From assembly GCA_951406725.2 (NCBI GenBank), contig OX597814.1, forward strand, positions 133,548,001 through 133,612,000: a stretch of 64,000 nt of DNA. Direction: 5' to 3'. Both the position numbers and the translations under genes were made by a program. This document shows, in pieces, positions 11,570 to 23,110 of this stretch. The stretch is from Octopus vulgaris (taxonomy: Eukaryota). The notes beneath the pieces are model-generated. The model saw only the letters and a list, made by a program, of their open reading frames with translations, was not told the DNA's origin and ran no database searches. The stretch's first letter is position 1; every line of letters starts with the position of its first letter.

Positions 11570-12395
11570 ATACTTTTCGTTTTTCTCTTTCCATCATATC
11601 TTCGTTACCTGCTCCTCTCCTCTCTCTTACATACTTCCCTCTTCCTTTCTCCTCTCTGCTTCTCTTTCATATATTTCTCCTTTTCTCGTTTCTCTCTCCC
11701 TCACTCTGTCTCTCTTTACACCTAGCTTTCTCCCTCTCTATTTCATACCTTCCACTTTTTCTCACATCTCTCTCTCCATCCCTTTCATATCTTCCTCCTT
11801 TTCCCACTTCCCTCTCCCTCCATTTGTTTCTCTCTACATCTACCCCTCTCCCTCACTTTTCATGCCTTCCCCTTCTTCTCTCCACTCCCTCTCCCTCACT
11901 TTTCATGTCTTCCCCTTCTTCTCTCCACTCCCTCTCCCTCACTTTTCATGCCTTCCCCTTCTTCTCTCCACTCCCTCTCTCCTTCAGAACCTTTCTCTTT
12001 CTCTTTCATCTCCCCCACCCTGTCTCTTCCACCCTTTCATATCTTTCTTCTTTTCCCACTTCTCTCTCCCTTCCTTTCTCTCTCTCTACTTCTACCTATC
12101 CCCTCTTATCTCACGCCCTCTCTCATATATTCTCATTTCTCTCCTCTTCCTCTCAAAAAGTCTCTCCCTTTCCCTCACATCTTTCATTCTCTCCTCTTTC
12201 TCCCTCACTCTGTCTCTCTGTTCCCCTCCTCTCCCTCCCTCTGCCTCGTTATCGCTCCATACCCTTTCTCTTTCTACATATCACCCTCTCTTTTTCCTTC
12301 ATATCTCTCTCTTTTTTCCCTTCTCCCTCTCTCTGTCTTTATTCCTTTCTACATTCCTCTCTCTCTCTCACTTCCTTTCTATCATCCCCTGCCCT
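11570..12395. repeat. ~820-bp polypyrimidine tract containing a 43-bp tandem repeat x3 (11844-11975)
   Basis: Almost purely C/T on the + strand; unit ccctctccctcacttttcatgccttccccttcttctctccact with catg at 11861, 11904 and 11947. Confidence 0.9.
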
Positions 12396-12399
12396 TCTG

Positions 12400-15300
12400 G
12401 GCTCAAAAAAGGAAGATGGCATCAAAGTGGGAGAGCAAAGAATTGAATATAGACGATTGCTCCAAATAACATCATCACTGCTGCACTGAAAACCAATGGG
12501 TTCTTTAGAATGATTGAGCAGATACAGCGGAAGAAAAATGAATTCATCCGACCCTATACTCTTATTAGACCACACATGGACACTCTCGATGTGATCATAG
12601 AAAGATAAAAAGGAAGTGGGAGAGCAAAGAATTGAATATAGACGATTGCTCCAAATAACATCATCACTGCTGCACTGAAAACCAATGGGTTTTTAGAATG
12701 ATTGAGCAGATACAGCGGAAGAAAAATGAATTCATCCGACCCTATACTCTTATTAGACCACACATGGACACTCTCGATGTGATCATAGAAAGATAAAAAG
12801 GAAGTGGGAGAGCAAAGAATTGAATATAGACGATTGCTCCAAATAACATCATCACTGCTGCACTGAAAACCAATGGGTTTTTAGAATGATTGAGCAGATA
12901 CAGCGGAAGAAAAATGAATTCATCCGACCCTATACTCTTATTAGACCACACATGGACACTCTCGATGTGATCATAGAAAATTACTGCAAGGTAGATAAGG
13001 ACAGGGAAGCCAGAGAAGCAACAAGAAGTCCCTCTGTGCCAGTGGTCCTACAAAGGAATTGAGCTCTTCAGATGTTATGCGCAAAGCAGCAGCTGAGCAA
13101 GAGTCTTTTTTGTGCATGGCATAAAAGATTGTGCAGCAAGCTCACCTGGCTACATCAAGCACAAACCAGGAACCTTGACGTCTACTGCGCAAGACCACCC
13201 CAATCAACAAACACGGGATAGCCTCCCTTAACGCCTGCACAGTCGTCACCTCCAAATATTTTTACTAAATTTGGAGGCCTGTTGCATCACAACAGTAAAA
13301 GCAAATTTTTTCCTGAGACACCTTGCTGCATGCAATCAAGCCCAATGCATAGCACTCGTGGAAACTCATCTAAGCCCTAATATAGAGGATGCAGAAGTAC
13401 ACGTAGCAAAATATGCCATACTACGAACAGACTGAACGGAAAGGAGCCATGGTGAAATTGCTGCACACATCCGTGATGATCTCACACCCCAGGTTTTACT
13501 GTCGTATTGCAATTCTAATTGTATACATAAGACAGCACAATATAGTCATATGCAATACATATCGCCCACCGAAAGCTCCAAACCACATAGGCAAATTTGA
13601 AGATTGCGTCAAGAATTAAAGAAATCCTCATGAAACTGGAACACCAATTGAGTATCTTTCTTATGGGTGATTTCAATTTTACCATTGCCAAATGGCCCGA
13701 AGGCCTCATGCTCTCAAGAATCACTCATTGCAAACAAGCACTGGTGGAGTTCCTGCCCAACTTCACCAATGCCCTATTCATGGTGCAAGTTGTGTTCAGA
13801 CCAACTCGGGCGAATAACATTTTGGATCTCTGCTTCACAAACAATATGGACATTAGTTTCGGATCACAGCATAATAGAGCTGTCTATGTATGGACCAAAA
13901 GTAGCCAGAGACATACAGCCTAAAGGAAGCACCCGAAACCTCTCCAATCTGAACTTCCACAAAGCAGACTGGAAGTCGATCCAAAAGAAAAATCCTCAGA
14001 CAGTGCTGGCCGAAATGTCTCTCCACACCAGACATTGGCATGAAACTAGAATATTTTATATCTGTTATGAAAACCATATACCAGAAATATATCCCAGAGC
14101 AGAAGGCCAACACAAAAAGGAAAAATATTCCAAGGGAGAGGAAGATCTTCATGAGACGACGGATGAAGGCTGCAAATCGCTTCAACCTACATTCCAAAAC
14201 TATTGAAAGGTCCCGCGTAAAAGCAACACGAAGAGAGAAAAAAACCTGCAACAATCCTATGCGATGGAGAGAGCAGACAAAGAAGCCTGGGTTATAAAAA
14301 AACATTAAGTCAAACCAATAGGCCGTTTTGCATTATGCCAAAGAAATAGCCACAATACGCTGCAAAATAGGACCCATCTTCCAAAGGATGGCTCTCATGG
14401 ATACTCAAACCAAGATTACTGAGTTGCTGAATGACCAGTTCCGAAGTGTCATTACCACCCCGTTGGAACACAGACAAGTGAACGAACCAGTGGATTTCTT
14501 ATCGCAGACAAATAAACAAACCAGTGGATTTCCTATAACCAGCGAGGCAGTTACGATGGATTACATCGACATTAGTAAAGAAGATGTACTACAAGCAGAG
14601 ATGAGGTGGGTGCAAACTCAACTGTTGGTTCTGGTGGTTTCCCATGAATCTTCCTCAAATCGTGTAAGCGTGCCCTGGCGAAATCAATACAGATTCTCTT
14701 CCAGAGCTTTCTTGGCAGGCTTCTAGGCAAACTGAAGGAGGGAATAATATGCTCAGTCCATAAAGGAGGAAGCAGAGCATATGCCAAGAACTATAGACCT
14801 AGCTCGCTGACTTCACACATCAGCAAAGTCATGGAACGGATATTCAGAGGGAAACTAATTGCATTCTTTGAAAAAAACGACTTGTTGAATGACACACAGC
14901 ATGCCTTTCGACCAGGTAGGAGCTGCCTGACCCAGCACTTACAGCACTATGACTGGGTGTTGAGGCAGCTGCGCAACAACTCAAATGTGGACGTAACATA
15001 CCTTGATTTGCAAAAGCTTTTGATAAAGTGGATCATGGTATGATATACCACAAACTGCGTGATTTCGGCATAGCTGGAAAACTTGCAGAGTGATTACATG
15101 ACTTTCTGAAAGAAAGAATCAGGCAGTAGGGGTCAATGCAGCCACCGCAAAGAAAACTTAAATGCGAGGACACTGTCTTAGGACCACTGCTTTTCATACT
15201 GGCCTCTCAGATATACCATCAGCTGCTCGGATATCCACCCTTTCTAGATACCCCAGCGATGTTGCACACCTGCAACAGGAGTTGGACTAAAGTTATAGAT

Positions 15301-16210
15301 GGGCTGAGGACAATAATATGCAGTTTAATAATATGCAGTATAATAATATGCTCAAAAAGTCCAAGCCCTGCACAACCGGCGTCCAAAATTTAATATAAAA
15401 CTTACAGGGTACACTGGTCCACAGGGGATTACAATCCCAGAGTCTAAATCGGGACCTGGGTATCGACATGAGCGAGGATACCTCTTTCCAAGTAATATTA
15501 CCAGGATGGCGACAAAGTGCATAGGACTGGCTAGATGTATTCTGAAAACGTTCAGAACCAGAGAGAAGGAAACCATGGTGGTACTCAGGGAGACATTCGT
15601 CCTCAACAACCTGGATTACTGCTCTCAGTTATGGTCAACCAACAGTGTAAAATTAACAGCGTACCTTGAAGCAACCTAGCGAAGCCTCACAAAGAAGATT
15701 GTCTCATTGCAACAGCTCAGCCACTGGGAAAAGCTGAAACAGCTAAGACTCTGCCCCTGGAGCGAAGGAGGGAGAGGTATGCAGTAATATACATCTAGAA
15801 AATCCTGGAAGGAAATGTGCCAAATTTTGGCATTGAAAGTTACACAAATGCACGAACGGGTCAACACTGAACAGTGTCAAAGATCCCAGCAATGCCATCG
15901 CGCTTCAGGATCTGTTACTGCAACAACCTGAGCTTCAGGGGCCCACAGGATTTTAATATTCTCCCAAAGAGTCTGAGGGGCCTACACAAAGTGGATGTAG
16001 ATGGTTTCTTTCACATCAAAACTTAACCTCTTCCTGTCAAGAGTCCCAGATGAACCTATCTCGCGACTGGAGGTTCAAATGAGGGTAGAGGGATCAAATT
16101 GCAATATTCACCAAATGCCACATATTAGAGGAGGCTTTTAACAATGTTACAATGTTTCAAAACGGCTGTGCCCTAGCATGGCCACTGCTTTGAGCTGAAA
16201 CTAAAAAAAG
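12400..16210 (+). mobile_element. Decayed CR1-like LINE (APE endonuclease, reverse transcriptase, 3' tail)
   Basis: APE motifs IALVETHL, MGDFNF, RPTRANNILDLCFTN, SDH. RT motifs NYRPSSLTSHISKVMERI, QHAFRPGRSCLTQ, YLD/AFDKVDH, VLGPLLF, LDYCSQLW. YADD region missing; many stops and frameshifts. The 5' boundary is uncertain. Confidence 0.9.
12425..12979. repeat. Tandem triplication of a ~188-bp unit
   Basis: Units start at 12425, 12614 and 12802 (aagtgggagagcaaag...gatcatagaaa); near-identical, with one extra C in unit 1. Confidence 0.95.
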
Positions 16211-16231
16211 TACCCACACACACACACACAC

Positions 16232-16288
<57 letters not shown>

Positions 16289-16358
16289 AAGGTATATATG
16301 TATATGTATGCATACACACAAACACACAGATACGTAAATGTATATAATACATATAAAG

Positions 16359-16453
<95 letters not shown>

Positions 16454-16468
16454 CAGACAGATAGATAT

Positions 16469-16566
<98 letters not shown>
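16359..16566. repeat. (AGAT)n microsatellite
   Basis: Directly visible; source of the YLSI pseudo-ORFs. Confidence 0.95.
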
Positions 16567-18264
16567 GGGGTGCAAATAAGTACACACACATACACACACA
16601 TATGTGTGTCTGTATATATATATATAGGTGTGTGTATATATATATATATAATGGTTGTAGTTGAATTAAGTATAATCAATCATATTCGTTTAATCAGTGA
16701 ATGATATTGTTGAGCTACAATAGGTTTGCATCTCCGTTTCAACATTCTAATTTGCTTAAAATTCTTCATATTACACACTGCATTGCTTATAATAGCATAT
16801 GTAGTGATTATTACCGAATTGATTTGGCAATTAAGAAGTAATCTGTTCTTCATCACACTTAATGTAATTACATTCAGACTAAGAGTAAAAAAAAAAAACT
16901 ATAACGAATGTAAGACCTATTTTGCGATCAAATATTGAGAAAAATTACATTCTAATATTTGAGTATAATTTATTTTTGTATCACAGTCATTCTATATTTT
17001 GTATTTCAATTATTTTAGAAAACTTTGCAAACTTATGCAAATCACTTTGTATACTTAACGGAAGCTTATATAATCATAAAGGAAAACTAAAATATTTAAA
17101 AATATGAACAGTCCAAGAAAATGGATTTATAAAATGTTTTAATGGAATTGTATAGCATTTCTTTGCGTAGATCTATGACATATATTACGCAGAATGTTTT
17201 ATGACACTAAAAGCATATATTTCAATACTGAATGGGAGAAATGCATGTAAAGTTACAAAATAAATATTCATAAATAAATATATTTATTATTCGTTCAAGA
17301 TAAATGGCTGAGGAAATATGTTATTGGATTACCAAATTCTATCTCCACTTGCCTTATGTTATGAGACCTGAGTCACGCAACATATATTTTAGTGGATCAC
17401 GGCTCTGAAGAGATAGTTAACTTTTCATATATAACCAACAATAGCTATAAGCTTGTAATGTTAATAATATCCGGTTCACATTAACAACATAGGAACAGCC
17501 AAGTAAATCTGTGCTGAAAACTACTGGTTTATTTTGTGACATTTCCTTCAAATACATTGACCCTCGCGCATAAGAAATACGAATCAACCAATTTTTTTAT
17601 CAGCCTGTATTCACGTTTGTTATTGAATTTTAATCTATAAGAAAGTAATGATATTTGCATCCTTCAGAGAACCAGGGAAATATAGAAGAGAGAAAGACTG
17701 TATGAGAGTCAATGTGATATAATAAGATGTACATTAATAAATTTCGGATATATTTGTTGAAAATAAATCCAAACACTGCGATCATCTTTCATTTAGATGA
17801 AGTGACGCATAGGGGAATTAACTGCTCGTGTAGAGTGCCACGGTGAATAAATGGAAACCTTCATTCCCGTTGATATTAAATATATCATATATATCATATA
17901 TATATATATATATATATCATAGATCATGGATAGAAATATACTCTGATGCAGGGAGATGGAAATGTTTGAAGATTATGTCTGGATAGGATAGGAAAATTTG
18001 ACAAATGTATAGAGGTAGCTTCATACGAGCAACAACATTTATTGTAAGTCCGAAGGCGTAGAGAGAATTAATTAATTTGAGAGCCAATTGTTGTAGCGTA
18101 TTACACACCTCACATAAACATGAAACACTTTACATAATCATCAGTGGTATAGATACTTGAAATTTGCATAAAAGTATAGTAAGACAAAATAATACACAAC
18201 TGAAGATAGGTTATGTACAGATCACTACAATATAGTTTTAAATAGTGTATAACACAACGTAATA

Positions 18265-18710
18265 ATTTTTCTATAATGGAAACATGGCCTGGAATTATGT
18301 GGGAGAGGTTATTCCATTACTTCAACCCCAGTGCTTAAATGCTTCTTATTTCATCGGCCCCGAAAGGCTGAAGGACTAAGTCAAATTTGGCGGAGTTTGA
18401 AATCAAAACTAAAAGTCGGATGAAATACTACAAAACGTTTTGTCCGGCGTGTTAATGATCTGCAAGCACGCTGCCTTGTAACTTAATAAAATAACGGTTT
18501 CAAAGTTTGGCGCAAAGCCAGCAATTACGGGGAGGGAATGAATCGATTTACATCAACCTCTGTTCTTAACTGGTACTTATTTTATTGACCACGAAAAGAT
18601 GAATAAAAAAACCGACGTCGGTGGAATTTAAACTCCGAATATAAAGACAGACAAAATGTCACGAAACATTTTAAACACCATGCTAAGGATTTAGCCAGCT
18701 TGTCGCCTTC
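18265..18710 (-). mobile_element. Two tandem family-2 (Nin/Deu-like) SINE copies (18265-18477, 18497-18710)
   Basis: Each is a diverged reverse complement of 2380-2612 (for example ctggtacttattttattgacc, tcgccttc). Confidence 0.7.
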
Positions 18711-18837
18711 TAATACAATATAAAAATAAAATCATGAACACATGAACAAGTTTACAACGTGTAATAATAATTCTTATTAACACCCACACACATATATATA
18801 TATACATATACATATATATATATACACACACACACAC

Positions 18838-18945
<108 letters not shown>

Positions 18946-18954
18946 TATGTATAT

Positions 18955-19405
18955 ATAAGGATAAGATCGATATTCAAATACCGATCTTATCAGGTGGCCA
19001 ACATGAGAATAAAAAAAACTTCAAGGTAATAATTATTTAAAATTATAATTTAGGGTATCTAAGATGTACCACCACGCAGGAAATAGCAATCAATACATGC
19101 CTCTAAAACCACATTTAATGTGGTTCTAGAGTCAAATTTAGACCTCGATATTATGTAAATAGAGGAATTTATCTATAAATGTAATATCTCACAATTATTC
19201 GGTATCCATGATAAAACTCTGAGTTTCGGATACCGGGGTGGAAATGCATGCCGCCATCTCTCCAGTTATCCGGCTGTGAGCATTTTCTCCGATGGCTTGA
19301 TGACTCAAGAGATGGCGGCGCAATGTAGTGCATGTAGTTTAGTAATATAGAACTTTTACTGGATGGAGTACGCTTCGTATTGACTTTTGCGCAGTAAATT
19401 CCTTA
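18955..19405 (-). mobile_element. pLTR-like element, family C, between two (TA)n arrays, with a mutated hammerhead motif (19210-19270)
   Basis: Minus strand gataa-ctgGaga-gatggcgg...ccggtatc-c-gaaa-ctc-a-gag-tt-ttatc: 5-bp stem I, A6 changed to G. Confidence 0.6.
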
Positions 19406-19434
19406 TATATATATATATAGCTTTATTTCTTTTA

Positions 19435-19626
19435 TTTTATTTGTTCGGTCATTTGACTACGGCTATTCTGGAGCACCGCCTTTAGTCGAACGAATCAATG
19501 CCAGGACTTATTCTTTGTAAGCCTAGTACTTATTCTATATATCGGTCTCTTTTTTCTGAACGGCTAAGTTACGTCGACGAGATCACTCCAGATCGGTTGT
19601 CAAGCGATGATAGGGGTCGAACACAC

Positions 19627-19673
<47 letters not shown>

Positions 19674-20006
19674 TGAAGGTTTCTATTTATTTATTTTCTC
19701 ACTGATTCTTCTCATTTCAAAAATCACTCTGGCCTTTTGACCACTCCCCTAAGAACAATAGCTTGTGCCCTGTTTATCTCCTAAATACCAACCTACCCAA
19801 AAAACGTCCCCCACCACCACTCCATTAAATCTGCCTAAATACATAAATACCAGAACTTATTTTGACAGCCAGCTTCATGAAGATTTCATCTGAATGAAAT
19901 AGTTCTAGTCCTGTAGAAGCTCCTTCTATAAAATAAATTACTTTACTCTGCTATGTATTGAGCACCTTATTTACTGTGGTTAACCCCGACTCAACCCGGG
20001 ACCTAC

Positions 20007-20061
<55 letters not shown>

Positions 20062-20200
20062 TGTATACGACTTCCTTTTTTCAGTTTCCGTCTACCAAAT
20101 CCATTCACAAGGCTTTGGTTCGCCCGAGGCTATAGGGCTATAGTAGAAGACAACTTGCCCAATGTGCTGCTTAGTGGGACTGAACCCGGAACCATGTGTT
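19435..20200 (-). mobile_element. Family-1 SINE split at its internal microsatellite by a ~330-bp insertion (19675-20006)
   Basis: The 3' half (19435-19625) and 5' half (20066-20200) are co-linear with 10700-11100; the insert is bounded by (TA)n. Confidence 0.7.
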
Positions 20201-20244
20201 TCCATACATATATGTATGAAGGTAGGTATGTTTGTATGTATGTG

Positions 20245-20460
20245 TATAAGGGGACAATTCACAAAAAAAAAACAAAAGAGGAAAGAAGGTAGTGTAGACA
20301 ACAAACAGATGTATTAGTATAACGCTCAGGAAGTGAAAAAGACTTTAAAATTTCGAGCCTACCCTTTTCCACAAAAAGGAACACAGAAACAAATAAAGAG
20401 AGAAAATAGAGAGAGAAAATATAGAATGTGTAGTGGCTAGTGATCTATCATGGCAAAATT
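20245..20460 (-). mobile_element. pLTR-like element related to family B, hammerhead decayed
   Basis: Shares acgctcaggaa and tttcgagc with family B; minus-strand core reads ttttgtggaaaagggtaggctcgaaatttt. Confidence 0.45.
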
Positions 20461-20466
20461 ATATAC

Positions 20467-20501
<35 letters not shown>

Positions 20502-20991
20502 TGTATGTATGTATGTATGTATCAATGAATGAATGAATGAATTAATGAATGTATGTGTATATCCACAGAAAAAGAAAGCAAGAGACACAGAAATGACAAA
20601 AAGAATAGTTCTAAAAAGTTGAAATTTAACACATATATCATATTTATAAAGTCGATATGTGAGAAAAAATGATAGAAAAGAAGGAATGTCTCAAATATCA
20701 AGATAAGTTATAGTTAGATTGTAATATGTAAAAAAAACTGTTGATATTTTAAGAGTGAAGTTGAGTATAAATATCTAGAATTATGACCAGAATACAAATT
20801 AAAATAAGATTAGGCTATTATACATAAAAGTAACAGAAATAAAATATATAAGGTGGACTATACTAAATAGCTGTTTATCTTTTATCGTTCATCTTTTATT
20901 TATTTCACACACAGATGCACACACGCACACACACGCATACACACACGCATACACACAGGTGCATATATACGTGTGTGTGTGAGAGTGTGTG

Positions 20992-21029
<38 letters not shown>

Positions 21030-21185
21030 TTTTTATTCGAAATGTATGTGTACGTGTGAATATACACATTCAAATATAAAAGTAGAGAGATAGGAGTCAT
21101 AAAGAGAAATGAAAGCATACAAAATCATTACTCACAATAAGTACGAACATATTCAAATACACTGAGACACACTAAACGCACATAC

Positions 21186-21221
<36 letters not shown>

Positions 21222-21227
<6 letters not shown>

Positions 21228-21409
21228 ATCCAAACTTGAAAACACAACAATGCGAGGACGTGGAACAAGTATTGTATTATTGGACGCTCAGGAAAGAAGG
21301 AAAGGCGGGTTTAACGTTTCGAGCGGATCTCTTCCTCAGAAACATAGGAAAAAGAAAGATCCATAAAAGGAAGACGGAGGAAAAAAGTCGCCAACGGTAC
21401 ACACGCGGT

Positions 21410-21410
<1 letters not shown>
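21222..21410 (-). mobile_element. pLTR-like element, family B, between (TA)n and (CA)n(TA)n arrays
   Basis: Homologous to 6955-7150, with the same terminus atatagt(c/t)aatccaaac. Confidence 0.75.
21309..21343 (-). ncRNA. Minimal type I hammerhead ribozyme, intact core (family B)
   Basis: Minus strand GUUU-CUGAGGA-A-GAG-auccg-CUC-GAAA-CG-UU-AAAC. Confidence 0.7.
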
Positions 21411-21485
<75 letters not shown>

Positions 21486-22167
21486 AACACATACACACAT
21501 ATATATGAGTATCAACGAATTTTAATTAAACTGTTCTGACCTATACATGTAATAAACAATAAATTAGTTGAGTGCTCTTCCTTCTTTTGTCCACTCATAT
21601 GTATATATATGTGTGTGTATGTGTGTATTTATATTTATACATATACGTATGTATGTAACCATGTATGTTTGTATATATATTATACATATATATATATATA
21701 TATATAAATGAAAATAGTAATGCAGTGAAGCTATACATTAGCGTCGTATTTATTACGTTCGCTATTTTCCAGTAAATATCGGTACTTCGTTGTGCCATTT
21801 ATTTACTTATATATATATATATATATACATAGTTCTGTATTCTTAGATTTGGTAATTGAAAAACAAGAATAATAAATTAAAACTGAAGCAAAATATGTTA
21901 CAAGCTATGACACCAACAAATTTTTTGTCCTGATGTCTTAGAAACTTCTAAGCTGAAGTCTACTCAAATATGAAGGATCAGAAGTGTACCGTGACAGTCG
22001 GCCAGTCGGCTTCCTTAGTAGGTTGTCAATTGAATATGATAAATAATGAAAATGGGCTATTTCATAAATAAATGGCGAAGTTCTACAACTGTAGAGGGAT
22101 TGAGAGCAAAGTCATGAAAAAATTATGACAGTGATAGAAAGGTCGATTCAAAAGTCCTTTTAACTTG

Positions 22168-22215
<48 letters not shown>

Positions 22216-22699
22216 TGATCGCGCGCGCACACATGTATCATGTGTTTGTATTTAATAACTAAGTTCTATTTGATAAACACAGCTCCTCATCGCTTTTGTG
22301 TCTTCGGTTTAAAATATCTCTACATCATCAGTTATTCGGAGTCACAGTGAAGAGATTTGAACAAAAGTTTAAGAGGTATTCTACGTGAAAATATTTAGGC
22401 ATCCATTCATCTGTGCAGGCTTCGTGATTGTTTTAGATGTCTCAGCGATATAAGTTATTTGGTTGAAAGATTTATGTGGCAAAGCTCTTGGTACCTAATA
22501 AATTGGTATTTTGTAGGATGTCGTATTTCAAACATGATTTTCCATATACTTGTTAGCATGATGATGTCACAAAGGAAAATCAGTTGAAAATATAAACGTA
22601 AATATATAAAATAATAAGTGTATAAACGATGAAAAAATGTAGATCAGAGAATTGAAAAATGCTCCAGGTACTTAGACTCTGAATTTAGTCTAAGGTGTT

Positions 22700-23110
22700 A
22701 TCCAAAGGTGTAAGGACAAGCTCAGTCCTGCGGACGCAGTCAGAACACCTGATTTGTCCCTCCTTACTTGCCAAGACTTCGTAGTCTCCATTGCAGCTAT
22801 CCATATCACGTCTTACAACCTTTACAATATTAACTGAGCACTAACCAGTAATCATGATGTTGGTATTTTGATATTTGGCGTGAATCATCATGATACAGGT
22901 AACTCTTTTACAATAAGCATACGCTTTCCCTTCTTCCATGTCAGTTAACATTTTATCAAATACAACCTTAATCTTTATACTCTCCAACACCTTTCTCTGT
23001 TATCCAACACACCATGGTGTTTCTGAAAAACGAAACATAAAATTCGTCAAATTCAATCAGAACTTCCTGCTTTGTCTGTGTCAAAATATATGCATTATAC
23101 ACCTACATGT
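22700..23110 (-). mobile_element. Possible decayed RTE-like LINE 3' end
   Basis: Minus strand includes VVRRDMDS downstream of an RP-like segment, resembling RTE C-termini. Heavily decayed. Confidence 0.3.

Noticed and set aside
11541-12489. Long ORFs of 301, 221 and 173 aa rich in S/L/P/F
   Set aside because: Open in all three frames only because the C/T tract cannot form stop codons.
12425-12979. CRISPR-like array
   Set aside because: Units are whole 188-bp duplicates with no unique spacers; eukaryotic context, no cas genes.
15313-15351. 15-bp triplication (ataatatgcagt..) inside the LINE, and an 18-bp duplication near 63028-63060
   Set aside because: Ordinary slippage duplications.
16157-16679. 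[12 protein letters not shown] and CVCV repeat ORFs here and throughout
   Set aside because: Microsatellite translations.
21969-22050. Ig-strand-like peptide QKCTVTVGQSASLVGC
   Set aside because: Short, preceded by stops, no downstream Trp or YxC in frame; may be chance.
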